A stretch of DNA of 63,915 bases, filler included. It is 10 parts of 10 records of this genome, joined end to end, with 100 filler letters (N's around TTAATTAATTAA, not from the genome) between each part and the next. Parts side by side here need not be neighbours in the genome. Positions count along the whole stretch, not along the records: positions 23,063 to 28,049 come from SRR7504441_3681; positions 28,150 to 37,972 come from SRR7504441_3691; 8 more parts are not named here. The stretch is one strand, 5' to 3'. Both the position numbers and the translations under genes were made by a program. Under the pieces are notes generated by a model. That model did not search any database, had not been told where the DNA came from, and was given only the letters and a program-made list of their open reading frames with translations. Of this stretch, positions 26,251-37,098 are shown one piece after another; within the stretch, counting starts at the first letter, position 1, and each line of letters begins with the position of its first letter.

Positions 26251-26557
26251 ACTCACTTCACCATCACGAGGAGAGCTCCAACATTATCATTATCCTCGTA
26301 TACAATGATGTACGAGTATTGTTAGATGAAATACATTAGATGAAATATGATGTTCAAAATGAATAAAGCATGAATGTGTCATCGGATGTACCATAGATGT
26401 TTAATAGATGTTACTGATGTTAGATGTACCACACTTCATGCACAATTCATGTAATGTTACACACACACATTGAAGTGCAACGATCGCTAGCACTCGAACA
26501 CAACTTGTAGTCGCTAGCGCGGTGTTGCAAGTCCTTCCGCAAGACCTCGCGGGCGCG

Positions 26558-27595
26558 CTAGCGTCGCGACTTGGAGCTCAATTGCGACGAGAGCTCTTCC
26601 AGCTTCTGGTCTTGGTGCTTGATCTTGTCCATCATGGCCTGCTGTTGCAATAGAATCGCATTAAAGTACGATCGACTGATGCTCTCGTCCGAAGCGGCCC
26701 GAGTCAACGCTCCGATGGCGAGCGCCCCCACTAGAAAGAAGATGTACCAGCACCGGCAGATGACTGCCTTCTCGTACTGGATGTACGCCCCAAACCCGAG
26801 CCAATCCGGCCAGTCGTGGCTGTCCAGGCCCAGCGCGCCGCGCAGCGTCATCTCACAGATGAAGGTGGCCCCGAAGCCGGCCACGCTCCAGAGCTGGGTG
26901 CTCCAGCTCACTTGCTTGAGGCCGGTGGCCATCAGCACGAGCACCGTTACGCACACGTAGTAAGCAGGGCAGCCCACGTCATTGATCAGGTAGGGGTGGT
27001 CCTCGTTCCCAGACTTGACGTTGCAGATCGACGACTTGTCCAGGAAGCACTCCAGCCCCTTGGGCCCGTGGCGCTCGTACACCTTCCGCCGGTCTGGCTT
27101 TGACAGCGCGTCGTATGCCTCTTTCACTCGGATGAACTTTGTCTCAGCCTCGGGCTTCTGGGCCTCAGGCACCTTGTCGGGATGCAGCTTGAGCGACATA
27201 CTCCGGAACGACCGCTTGATCTCGGAGCCCTCGGCCCGCCGGCTGACCTCGAGCACCGCGTAGTGGTTGGGCTCCGTCAGGTAGCTGCTCGGGAACTGGA
27301 ACATCAGAGCTGCCAGCGCCACCGCCAGCGCCCCAGCCAGCAGGCGCCGGCTGCGGGCAGACGAGTGCACGGCGGCCTCGAGCCCGAGGAAGTCGCTCGA
27401 GACGTTTGAGACCGCGATCCGCTCGATCTGGGCAAGCTGGTCGGCCTGGGCAGCCTTGCCGAGCTGATCCACCGGGACCAGCACCGTCCGGCCCCCCGAC
27501 ACGCACTTGCGCACCAGCCAGGCCAGCACCCCCACCATCGACAGCAGCACCAGCCCGGCCAGCTGCGAGCTGGTCTCGTCCTCTTCGCCGGCCAT
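26558..27595 (-). CDS. DnaJ-domain membrane protein
   Basis: NHYAVLEVSRRAEGSEIKRSFRSMSLKLHPDK...KFIRVKEAYDALSKPDRRKVYE, with TM helices on both sides. Confidence 0.9.
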   Translation of the reverse strand: MAGEEDETSSQLAGLVLLSMVGVLAWLVRKCVSGGRTVLVPVDQLGKAAQADQLAQIERIAVSNVSSDFLGLEAAVHSSARSRRLLAGALAVALAALMFQFPSSYLTEPNHYAVLEVSRRAEGSEIKRSFRSMSLKLHPDKVPEAQKPEAETKFIRVKEAYDALSKPDRRKVYERHGPKGLECFLDKSSICNVKSGNEDHPYLINDVGCPAYYVCVTVLVLMATGLKQVSWSTQLWSVAGFGATFICEMTLRGALGLDSHDWPDWLGFGAYIQYEKAVICRCWYIFFLVGALAIGALTRAASDESISRSYFNAILLQQQAMMDKIKHQDQKLEELSSQLSSKSRR

Positions 27596-27676
27596 CGAGC
27601 CTGCCCAACGGTTTCATTCGGGAGCCCATTTGCACACGCCGCACCTGACCCGTGCAGGCGGTGCCGGGCGCCGGAG

Positions 27677-28049
27677 ATGCCCAAGAAAGGGGTCGGCCAG
27701 GCGAGCGGTGGCGAGAGCGCCCGGCTGAGGCTGGTGCTGGCAGGTTCTCTCCTCGTTGGAGGACCACGCGCACGAGGTGTGTCCGCCCCCCCGCTCGGCT
27801 GAGCGGTGCGGCGGCAGCTGGACCGGGAGCTCCGGCAGGCCCAGGCCTGGGGCGCCAGCCGGCTGAGTGCTGGCGCAGGTGGAGGCCGACGTGGAGCTCA
27901 ACCGGGTGATGGAGCGCAAGTACGGCGACTTGTTCCAGCCGGGGATCTACCACCTGCAGAAGCTGGCCCGCACACGGTGCCGAATGTCCGATGCGAGCTG
28001 ACCGCCCGGGCAGCGAGGACAAGCTGGCCAAGGTGATCGGGCAAGTGGA
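27677..28049 (+). CDS. Hypothetical protein, 5' part (truncated by linker)
   Basis: MPKKG...VLSSLEDHAHELDRELRQVEADVELNRVMERKYGDLFQPG can be assembled with four small introns. Confidence 0.55.
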
Positions 28050-28149
28050 NNNNNNNNNNNNNNNNNNNNNNNNNNNNNNNNNNNNNNNNNNNNTTAATTA
28101 ATTAANNNNNNNNNNNNNNNNNNNNNNNNNNNNNNNNNNNNNNNNNNNN

Positions 28150-28210
28150 AAGTAGAGAAAGTAGAGAAAGTAGAGAAAGACAGAAAATAGAGAAAGTAGA
28201 GAAAGTAGAG
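28150..28210 (+). repeat. 9-bp minisatellite (AAAGTAGAG)n at contig end
   Basis: About 6-7 imperfect tandem copies visible. Confidence 0.85.
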
Positions 28211-28294
28211 CACTTTCGTTGTTTGGTCCTCACGGTCATGATTGTACCGTAGCGACATATGATTTTATTGACATGACGATAGTGTCGAGGGCTG

Positions 28295-29283
28295 TCAGGC
28301 ACCTTTCTTTGACGGGACCGGGCCTCGAAACCAGCCTTGGCTCCTCGTTGGCCCTGGAGCCTCGTATGCCTGATCGTCATCCAAGTCGGGAGCACTCGCG
28401 AGCAAATAGCTCTCCTGATGCTCACGCAACTCTTGCAGGCATGACCTGACCAACAGTTGATTTGAATCACGCACCCAACAGTTGACCTGCTCTCGTTGAA
28501 TTCTGCCTCTGACATTTCTCTGTGTCCAAATTTTGCCACCTCGTATCGGTGGCATTGCGCCATGACTTGCTGCATGTCGTAGTATTCGGACTCCTCAGGG
28601 AGCGCCTCAGTGACCAGCTCCGTGAGTGTCTGGTGCACTTGCCTGACGGCAGCTCGTGCCGCGCCGCAGGGGATGGCGCACCTCGTGACTCCAGTCATGC
28701 CAGCCACAAACCGCTCCAAACTAGGTGGCACAATGTGCGAGATCGCGAACTTGTACCTTAGATACTCATGCTTGGGGTCACCTGCCGGGCGCACTCGCCC
28801 AGCGGTGGTGCCCGATGCACACCGGGTGGCCCCCAGCCGTCCTGCCCCGCCCCGATTGGTACGCTCTTCGAGAACTCCTGCACCACACAGAATCGGTCCA
28901 CCACAGCCGCGGCGAGCTACCTCGCGCACAGCCGCGCTTTCCTCGACCCCATCGCTGCCGGCACCCACTGCGTCACCCAGCGCGGACGCATGCACACACC
29001 GGATTAGTTGCCGCATGTCCTCCGGAACTTGCTTGCTGCTGAATGTGCGCATCTCCAGGCTGCGACCGAGCCGCTTCTTGCGCTGGGCTGTCCCGCGGGT
29101 GGCCCGAGGGCTGAGGATGGTCGGACCTTGCACTGTCGAGCGCCACCGGTCGACAAACAGCAGCACCAGCGCGGTGATGGCGCCCACGATGGCCACGATC
29201 AGCACCTGGGCCGCGGTCAGCCGGGGCGGGGGCACAGTCGCTGCCTCCTGGTACGTAAACTCGTCCACAGTCCGCTTGCCCAT
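28295..29283 (-). CDS. Hypothetical single-pass membrane protein, intron-containing
   Basis: N-terminal TM VLIVAIVGAITALVLLFV. Last exon inferred to be the end of ORF 28295-28555. Confidence 0.55.
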
Positions 29284-29485
29284 GTCGGCCTGGTCAGCGC
29301 GCCGGGCAGCCCGACAACTGAACTCAACGGTCTGCGCTGTCGCTCATCACCCCGTCTCCTGCCACATCGCACTGCGCGAGCACAACGGACTTTCAGGCTG
29401 CGCCACACGCACCGGGGGGACTGGCGGTCACGCACCGGGGGGGACTGGCGGTCAGGCAGCAGCAGCCTGGGCGCGGCCGGTGGGG

Positions 29486-29795
29486 ATGAGCAACTCGTGC
29501 GAGGCGATCATGGGTGACCTGCTCAAGTGCCTGGCCAAGTCCGAGTGCGTCCGGCGGGGCGGCTCGCACAAGGAGTGCCTCCGGTCGGACAGCCTCGACC
29601 CCGAATGCAAGGGGCTATACACGCTGTACACGGCCTGCAGGCGGGGCCAGGCAACCGGTCGCCCGGCAGGGCTGGCCGAGCTGCTCGGGCCAGGTGGACA
29701 TGCGCAAGCGGATTCGGGGGAATATGTTTAAGATGGGGCCGGGCGCCAAGGAGGTGCCCAACGACAGCCGAAGCGACTCAACCGACGGGCAATAA
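29486..29795 (+). CDS. COA5: Cytochrome c oxidase assembly factor 5 (Pet191)
   Basis: MSNSCEAIMGDLLKCLAKSECV...KECL...ECKGLYTLYTACRRGQ|VDMRKRIRGN (twin CX9C-like). Needs GC-AG intron 29651-29693. Confidence 0.9.
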
Positions 29796-29884
29796 AACCA
29801 CAGCCTACAGTATATATAGTACACGACCAGCCCGTGCCGCTGGTACACGCACCCGGCCTCACCCGTCGACTAGAAGCAGCTGCT

Positions 29885-30675
29885 TTATTCGGCGTGCATA
29901 TCTACGTCGTCCTCCACATCGTCAAACTGGCCTTGGGCGCCGTCAGCCACAGTGTCCGGCCCGGCTACACAGCGCTCAGGCGGCGGGTCGGCCGGCTGGG
30001 CGCACTCTGCAGCATGTTGTCAAACTGTTGGAGCAGCGCGGCCTCCTGCGCCCCGGCCTCCACTTGGTCCTCGTTCGTGATCCAGTCACCCTCGCCGTCT
30101 GCCCGGCCCATCACCCCCCCGCCCCCCCCGCGCGGCCCACCCATCACCGGGTCCGGGTTGAGCGCGGCCCCCTTGGACATGGCGTCGAACAGGACCGGCA
30201 CTGCCCCCGCTCACTACCCGCCGCCCGCCGCCCGCACGTTGGCTCTCGTCGGCCGGCACCAGCCTGAGCTCCTGGACTTCGTTGTGCTCCACGCCGCTGC
30301 CCCGCGCCTGAGCCGGGGCCGCAACGGGGGGGCGCACCCGAGCACCAGGCTGCCGGTCAGATCCGGGTCCAGCTGTCCCCGATCGCCGGGGCCGGCCGGA
30401 CGGGGCGCCTGGCAGTAGATGCACGGGCGGGGGTAGTTGAGCGGGTCGGTGCTGATCGAATGCATCACGATGGCCGGGTAGTCCAGGCTGGCGTGATCGC
30501 CGTTCGGGCCGCTCCACCTCAGCGTGCTGCCCCACCGGTCAGCCGGTCAGCCCGCGGCGCACCGGTCGCCGACCAGCAGCTGGCCCGGCCCGAACGGCGG
30601 CAGCTCCTCAGCCACCAGCTCCACCCCGTCCACTGCCGCAATCGCCCCGCCGTCGCCGTCCTGCAAACCCGGCAT
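29885..30675 (-). CDS. CLNS1A: Methylosome subunit pICln (Voldacs family)
   Basis: SLDYPAIVMHSISTDPLNYPRPCIYCQL, ELRLVPADESQL..LFDAMSKGAALNPDP, C-terminal GQFDD. Confidence 0.88.
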
Positions 30676-30813
30676 GCTCCCCCGAGGCTCTCGACCGCAG
30701 CTCATTTCCAACGGCACTGGCAAAAGGATCAGCTAAAAACGCGAGGAAGAGCGGGGCGGGGAGCGTCGATCGGGGAGGGAGCGGCCGGGTGGTGCAGCTC
30801 GGCCAGGGATAGG

Positions 30814-32586
30814 ATGGGCTGCGGGGCGTCGATGCAGCCGGTGGATGGGCGGGTAAACGATTGGCGGATTTGGAACGCGTTGGATCTCAAGGAGGAGGAA
30901 GACAAGTTCAAGTTAGCCATGCTGTTCCGGTTCCTCGAGCAGCAGGCCGCCAAGGAGAGCGGGGTTCCGCTGGAAAAGCACGAGGAGGACGAGGATGAGC
31001 CGACACCGCACTTTGAGCAGGTTTCGGTGGACGTGGGGTATGTTGGGCTAGTGCTGACAGTGCCACTGGAGCGGGGCTCAGCCCGGGACTTGCTGGAGGG
31101 ATTTACCCGTGGGGAGCCACTGCATCAGAAGTTTGCGTGGATGGTCTGCCACGAGGCGTTGACAGTACTGCAGCGTGAGGGCAACATCAACAGGGTGGCT
31201 GCCCCACAGCCAGGTGGGCACAAGGTGGTGGTGGTCGGGGATTTGCATGGCTCGCTCGGTGACCTCAGAAAGATAATCAACGAGCATGGATCACCGAGTG
31301 ACTCGACGATATATGTGTTTAATGGAGATTTCGTGGACCGTGGGCCTCACGGTGTGGAGGTGCTGCTGGTGTTACTTGCACTGAAAGCCCTTCACCCGCA
31401 GCACATGATGATAGACAGGGGCAACCATGAAGATATTGCTGTGACCTCATCGTATGGTTTCCGAGAAGAGGTGTCTCGAAAGTACAACGAACAGACCTAT
31501 CAATTGTTTGTGAAAGTTTTTAAGTGGATGCCTCTATGCACGGTGGTTGGGCAGGACGAAGGAAATGGGCTGTTCATTGTGCACGGCGGGTTATTCTCGG
31601 ATCAAACAGTGACATTGGAGGACATTGAGGGAATCCGAAGAAATAAGTATTCATCTGTGCTGATGCGGCACATCAAAGATGGTTCACAAGTTGATCGGCA
31701 CGAGATCATGCTTGAGGATATGCTCTGGTCTGATCCCTGGCGTAAACCTGGCGTTACACCAAGCGATAGAGGTAGTGGGGTCCTCTTTGGGCCTGATGTG
31801 GTAGCCAAGTTCCTCAGCAGCTGTAATTGTAAGAATCTGATCCGTTCGCATGAGTGTGTAGAGAACGGTGTCGAGATGACTCAGATTTCAAGTGACATGA
31901 AGATGTACACTGTCTTTTCAGCTTCAAACTATAGTGGTGGAGACAATTATGGCGCTGTATTGGTTTACAAAACACTCTCTGATGAGCCCGAAATTATTCG
32001 CTTCAGGTCTTCTGAGCCTTTACCACGTACGCAGATACAAGGCTCGAATCAAGTAAAGCTCCAAGATCTTATACGCCGACGCCATTTCCGACTGCTGAGA
32101 GGATTTCAGAAAGCGGACATCGATTCGAGTGGCAAGATCACGCCTCAAGTTTGGGCAGATACAATGGGGAAGACGTTGCGCATGGAAGAAGTGGAATGGC
32201 TAGAATTTCGGCTGATGCTTGTTGGGGAGCTTGACGACAATGGTATGATCCCCTATAATGAGTTCCTTGAACGTTATGGAGAGTCGGATGCCGGCCGCAC
32301 CAGCGAGAAGCTGAATGATGAAGCTAGATCAATGGTCACACACCTGTATTCAAACTATGTCCCCATGCAAGTTATTTTCAATCAGTGGGACACCAACAAG
32401 GATGGCAAAGTGGATCGTTCTGAATTCCGAACTGCGCTTGAAATGCTTCAGCAGCTACACCCAAAGGAGGAGCACCCAATGGATCCAGATTCGTTGTTCG
32501 ACCTCATTGATTTAAACAGAAGCGGGTACATTAATTTCAATGAGCTTTGTGAGGCATCGAGACTCAGTAAAATTGCGGCAAACTAG
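30814..32586 (+). CDS. PPEF: Ser/Thr protein phosphatase with EF-hands (PPEF/RdgC-like), intronless
   Basis: Motifs GDLHG, NGDFVDRG, RGNHE, LWSDP, IRSHE, TVFSASNY. EF-hands DTNKDGKVDRSEF and DLNRSGYINFNEL. N-terminal acylation motif MGCGAS. Confidence 0.92.
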   Translation: MGCGASMQPVDGRVNDWRIWNALDLKEEEDKFKLAMLFRFLEQQAAKESGVPLEKHEEDEDEPTPHFEQVSVDVGYVGLVLTVPLERGSARDLLEGFTRGEPLHQKFAWMVCHEALTVLQREGNINRVAAPQPGGHKVVVVGDLHGSLGDLRKIINEHGSPSDSTIYVFNGDFVDRGPHGVEVLLVLLALKALHPQHMMIDRGNHEDIAVTSSYGFREEVSRKYNEQTYQLFVKVFKWMPLCTVVGQDEGNGLFIVHGGLFSDQTVTLEDIEGIRRNKYSSVLMRHIKDGSQVDRHEIMLEDMLWSDPWRKPGVTPSDRGSGVLFGPDVVAKFLSSCNCKNLIRSHECVENGVEMTQISSDMKMYTVFSASNYSGGDNYGAVLVYKTLSDEPEIIRFRSSEPLPRTQIQGSNQVKLQDLIRRRHFRLLRGFQKADIDSSGKITPQVWADTMGKTLRMEEVEWLEFRLMLVGELDDNGMIPYNEFLERYGESDAGRTSEKLNDEARSMVTHLYSNYVPMQVIFNQWDTNKDGKVDRSEFRTALEMLQQLHPKEEHPMDPDSLFDLIDLNRSGYINFNELCEASRLSKIAAN

Positions 32587-32933
32587 GGAGCGGAGGTGCT
32601 ACGGACCGAGGAGCAGAGGTGCCGTACGGTGCGGTGCATAGGTGCTACATAGGTGCATAATTATTAAATGAAGGTACTATAAAGGTGTGCACAGCTCAAA
32701 GAAGGTACTCGCACTTCTGCTGCCACGCATCCGGAATCAGCTCGCACGCACGCTCTAGAGGCCGACGGGCCGAGCCTTCAAGGATAATACTTGTAAGGAT
32801 AATTGTATTGAGTCGTCCTGCATGCGTTTTGGCATAAGTCGTTCACGATCAGTTCACGATCGACGTAATTACTGTCATGGAAGCCGATTCTACAGTCATG
32901 TATATGTTACCAAGTAACGAGCTCACCACCCAA

Positions 32934-34975
32934 TTAAGCACATCGTGGGGACGCGCAATCATCATCATGCCGTGATAAGAAGCTGACACGTTGGGTCCTC
33001 GAACCATCCACTCGGAGAGTAGCCTTGAAGCAATGGCATAATTCGGACAATTGCAACACATTGTCGCCATTAAGATCCATTTCGTCAAATAGCCTGTTCG
33101 CATCAATCGGGTCCTCGCCATCAGTCGCAAGTGTGTTCACTTCATCTATATAAGCCTTAAATTCTTCACGATCAACCTCCTGATTCCCGTCCACATCGAT
33201 GTGATTGAATATAAGCTTCAACAATGGATAGCTCTTTGTCAGGTGTGTCACAGCCTCCAGCTTTTGCGAGTGCCCAGACATGCTGTCGGTCACTGATATC
33301 TCTAGCACAGACTGCTGTAAGAATTTCTCAAAATCTATCCTGCCTTCGTCTGCCGGAGCTATCTCTGGCTGCCAACGTTCCCAGTATATTTGAATCTTGA
33401 TCACCTCACGCATTACATTTTCCCACTGAGTTATGCTCATTAGAGGCGCATCAGGCAGCTCGCCGGCCTCCTGTAACGCCTCAAATCTGGCCGCAAGCCG
33501 GTATCGATTCTGTGCAATCAGAAGCAATAGTGCGTTCTTGTTGTTGACATGGAGCCTCTCCAAATCTATCTCCTTAGCCTCAAAAATTTTCATCCTCGGC
33601 CGCTCGCCTGGTTGCTTGAATCTAAGCACAGCCCCCTGTAGCCCCCACAGGCTGAGCCTAAGCTTGAGCTGGGTGTCACCTTGTTGCAAGCACCATTGTA
33701 ATTGGAAGCCGAAAAGACAGTAAAGAGTGAGTAAGAGGAATCAATCACGAGCTCCTCAACTCCGCTTGCTATGCATTCATGCGATCGGACCAGGAACGGC
33801 ACTTGGAGCACCTGCCGCGCCACGGCGCTCATTGGCTAGTTGAAGGGTGACTCGCCTGCAGCCACTCGTGCACTTGGACGAGGTTGTACAAGACTCCCAG
33901 CCCTCGATAATGATTAGGCGACCAGTAGGCGTCAAGTCGATTGTCGGGCTCTGGATCACTCCATAAGATGTCACAGATGATTGCGTCCTTTAGGTCGGCT
34001 GTATCGCGGTCAAGCCCGGACACGGTGTGTGTGCCCTTCCGCTCTATCGAGTTCAGCTGCTCTAAGCTCATCTCGCCTATCGCAGGAGGTCCACCGTGAA
34101 CCACAAAAGCAGTCTGTTCGATCAGAGTGCCGATCGGGAGCGCTGGGAACACAGCGGCAAATAGCGCGTAAATGGCCTGGTCGTACTTTCGCATCACTTC
34201 GTGCTCAAACCCGTACGACTGGCATATTCGCACATCCTCGTGATTCCCCCGATTCAGGAACACTGTAAAACAAGCAAGTCAGCAGGATCGGGGCAGAGCA
34301 GCTCTTGCCGTGTTCTGGGAAGGCCACTTTCGCCACCAGCAGCACCAGCAGCACCTCCACGCCGCACTCACCCCGGTCCACAAAATCGCCATTGAACACA
34401 AAACGCTGATCTGGCCCGGGGTAGCCCACCTGCTCAAAGATGTTGGCTAGGTCGTTGATTTGCCCGTGTAGATCGCCCACAACCACCACAGGCCGCTCCG
34501 GGCTCGGCGGCGGCAGCACGTTGACGTTGGGCTCGGCCCGCAGCACTGGCACCGCCTGCTTGATGATTGCAACAGCGTCGGCGGCTGCAATCAGCGACCC
34601 ACTCGACGCCACCCCGAGCACCCGCCGGAAGGCCGTCCCATCGATCTGATCCCCGAGCACCCTGCCAGCCCTCCCGTCGGGCGAGTGGAGCTGCTTGGCC
34701 TCCGCCGCGCTCCACATCACTTCAAGCGAGTCCAGATTGCTCTTGCGCTGGATCACCTTGTTGGCAGCGTCGCCGTGCTCCAAGCTGAACCGAGCCTCGA
34801 TCCGGGCCAGCGCTCCGGCCATGAACACGTGCCCCTTCTCGTCCAGCGCGTCCAGCGCGGCCGAGTCCGCAAACTCCTCTCGCTGCATGCAGCTCGACAT
34901 ACCTCGCAGGCTGTGCGGGGACGGCACCTCCCAGTCGTCCTTAGTGTCGCGCGGCCGCGAGCAATCGATACCCAT
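32934..34975 (-). CDS. PPEF: Second PPEF-like phosphatase with EF-hands, intron-containing
   Basis: Motifs GDLHG, NGDFVDRG, LNRGNHE, LWSDP, VRSHE, TVFSASNY. EF-hands DVDGNQEVDREEF and DLNGDNVLQLSEL. GC-AG introns 34263-34308 and 33812-33855. Confidence 0.9.
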
Positions 34976-35323
34976 GCTGCGCTGCCCGTCCCACCCAGCC
35001 GGCGCTCCAGGGGATCACAACGGCAACTACGGCAGTAACGCTTTTGGGGTAGCGCCTGTAGTCTGTAGATGTACTAGTTGTAGCTATTAATACTAGTTGG
35101 CTCGGTGAATAGACTTGCTCGGTGGTCGAGGGACCTTGTGCGCTTAGGAACGCAACTAATTGTACAACATTTGCGTGTGTATTATTTACACTAAGATGAG
35201 TACGACACGAGATGCCGATCAAGCAAGATCTACAACTAACTTGCAATTAGGCCTCTCCAATTAGGCTCCTCGACAAATAGGCTGGAGGAGCCATGCACGA
35301 CCGCATCGAGCAAGCTGGCCACA

Positions 35324-35982
35324 TTACAAGCTCTTCTGAGTAGCGGGAGGCACCTGCACCCAGTGAGCCACTTGGAGGGAGTCCGCAGACTCACCCATTT
35401 GCACCCCTTGGAGTACACGCTGGCTCCGGCCTGCATCCGGCTATCATGCCTAATGCGGGGCTCGTCGGTCACCTCCCAGCCGGGGACGTCCTTCATGATC
35501 TGGGCCTCGGCCTGGCTCGCCGCGTTCTTGGCCGCAACCCACCTGAGCCGGGTGAGCTGCACCAGTCTACGACGTCGGCCGGACTACACGAGCGGGATGC
35601 CCGGCGGGCCGGCGGCTTACCGTCTATCTTCCTCGGCCTGGAGCAGCGGCACGATGTTCCGGCGGGCCGCAAACTTTTCCTCCCTCAGCTCGCTGGCCAC
35701 CACTTGCTCAGACCCGGGGATGGCCGGGCGGGCACCGGCGCTGTATGTTGCCCTGTCCGACTTTGTACATCCCGTATGTGATCACCGCGGCCGAGGCCAA
35801 GAACATGGCAAACCCGGACGGGCCGCGCGTAGCCATGTCCCGCCGGTAGCGGACCGGCGGGAAGCCGCCGGGCCGAGGCCCGTCCTGCTTTGGTCTGCCG
35901 GCCCAGAGGTGAGTCGGCCGATCGGGATCGGGGGCACTCACGGTTGGGCCCACCCCGGTACCGCGCCCGTGATGTGACTCAT
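35324..35982 (-). CDS. NDUFA13: NADH dehydrogenase 1 alpha subcomplex subunit 13 (GRIM-19)
   Basis: [17 protein letters not shown]...GPSG...[10 protein letters not shown]...[18 protein letters not shown]...[13 protein letters not shown]...WVPP. 5 introns. Confidence 0.93.
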
Positions 35983-36128
35983 GCTGCTGATCTTCCCCCC
36001 CGCTCTTGGCTTGATCCGATCGGACAACAACGGCAGCCAATAAAAAAAAAACAATCGAACAAGGTGCTGCCTTGCTGAGGCGGAGCACCGGATCCGATTG
36101 GTACCAGCGGGCCGCCGCGGGGTCGAGG

Positions 36129-36871
36129 ATGGCAAACTCGAGCAGCAGCGCGCAGCCGTCCAAAATGGCGGTGATGCTACTCAGCAAGCAGCTGAAAGGT
36201 CGGCGCCCGCGCTGGCCGCTCGCCGAGTGCTGCTCCAGAACTGATCGACGACCCGATCGAGGGCTTCTCAGCTGGGCTGGTCAAGGATAACATCCTTTGC
36301 TGGGACGTGATGGTCATGGGCCCGCCCGACACCCCATAGTGAGCGCCCTGGCGGCCGGTCTGAGCCGGGGTGGTTTTAGTGAGGGCGGGTTTTTCAAAGC
36401 GAGGCTATCCTTCTCGGACGACTACCCGCAGTCCCCGCCCAAGATGTGCCGCCCCCAGCCCGCCAGGCCTGCTGAACACGCCGGCCAGGGTGTTTCAATC
36501 GGACGTGTACCACCCCAACGTCTACGCAGACGGACGCGTATGCATCTCGATTCTTCATCCGGCGGGTGACGACCCGATGGGCTACGAGCGAGCTGAGGAG
36601 CGCTGGTCGCCTGTGCAAAACCCGAAGTCGGTCCTGCTATCTGTGATCAGCATGCTGTCGGTGCGCGCGCCGGCTGCGGTGGGCTTGGCTGACTTGGCTG
36701 CAGTCTCCGAACGACGAGAGCCCTGCAAATATAGACGCAGCTTGCTTATGGAGAGATCGGCCCGACGAGTTCAAAAAGCAGGTGAGATGCTAGCTACAGC
36801 GAACGTGTCGATGACGGTTAACCCAATGGCAGGTGTATCGATGTGTAAGAAAGTCTCAAGAGGAGCTTTAA
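36129..36871 (+). CDS. UBC7: Ubiquitin-conjugating enzyme E2 G (Ubc7)
   Basis: EGFSAGLV...GPPDTPYEGGFFKA...[36 protein letters not shown] (acidic loop)...SPNDESPAN. 5 introns. Confidence 0.92.
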
Positions 36872-37098
36872 AACTTGTTGAGGACGACGAGGGCCTGCGT
36901 GGGCGCCAACCTTTCAATGATAGTGACTAGAAACCACTCATAGCCGGCTATTTCATCGTGATTGTATTGAAAATGAATCATAGTTGCCTAGCTTAATTGA
37001 ATCTAGCGGCGAATCCTGAAATTGAGTGCAATACAATCATGCACGTAATGTTATTCGTAGAGACTCTTGCCTTTGGGCGAGAGAGCATCACACGACGC

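Noticed and set aside
30460-30813. N-terminal extension of the 708-aa PPEF ORF
   Set aside because: It overlaps the pICln gene on the other strand; MGCGAS at 30814 is the plausible acylated start.
35543-35621. Stwintron model (internal intron splitting the G|T donor) for the long NDUFA13 intron, and likewise photolyase 52346-52449
   Set aside because: It removes one base too many (79 or 104 nt) and breaks the conserved frame (EEDRRWV; TDDEVWNAAQ).
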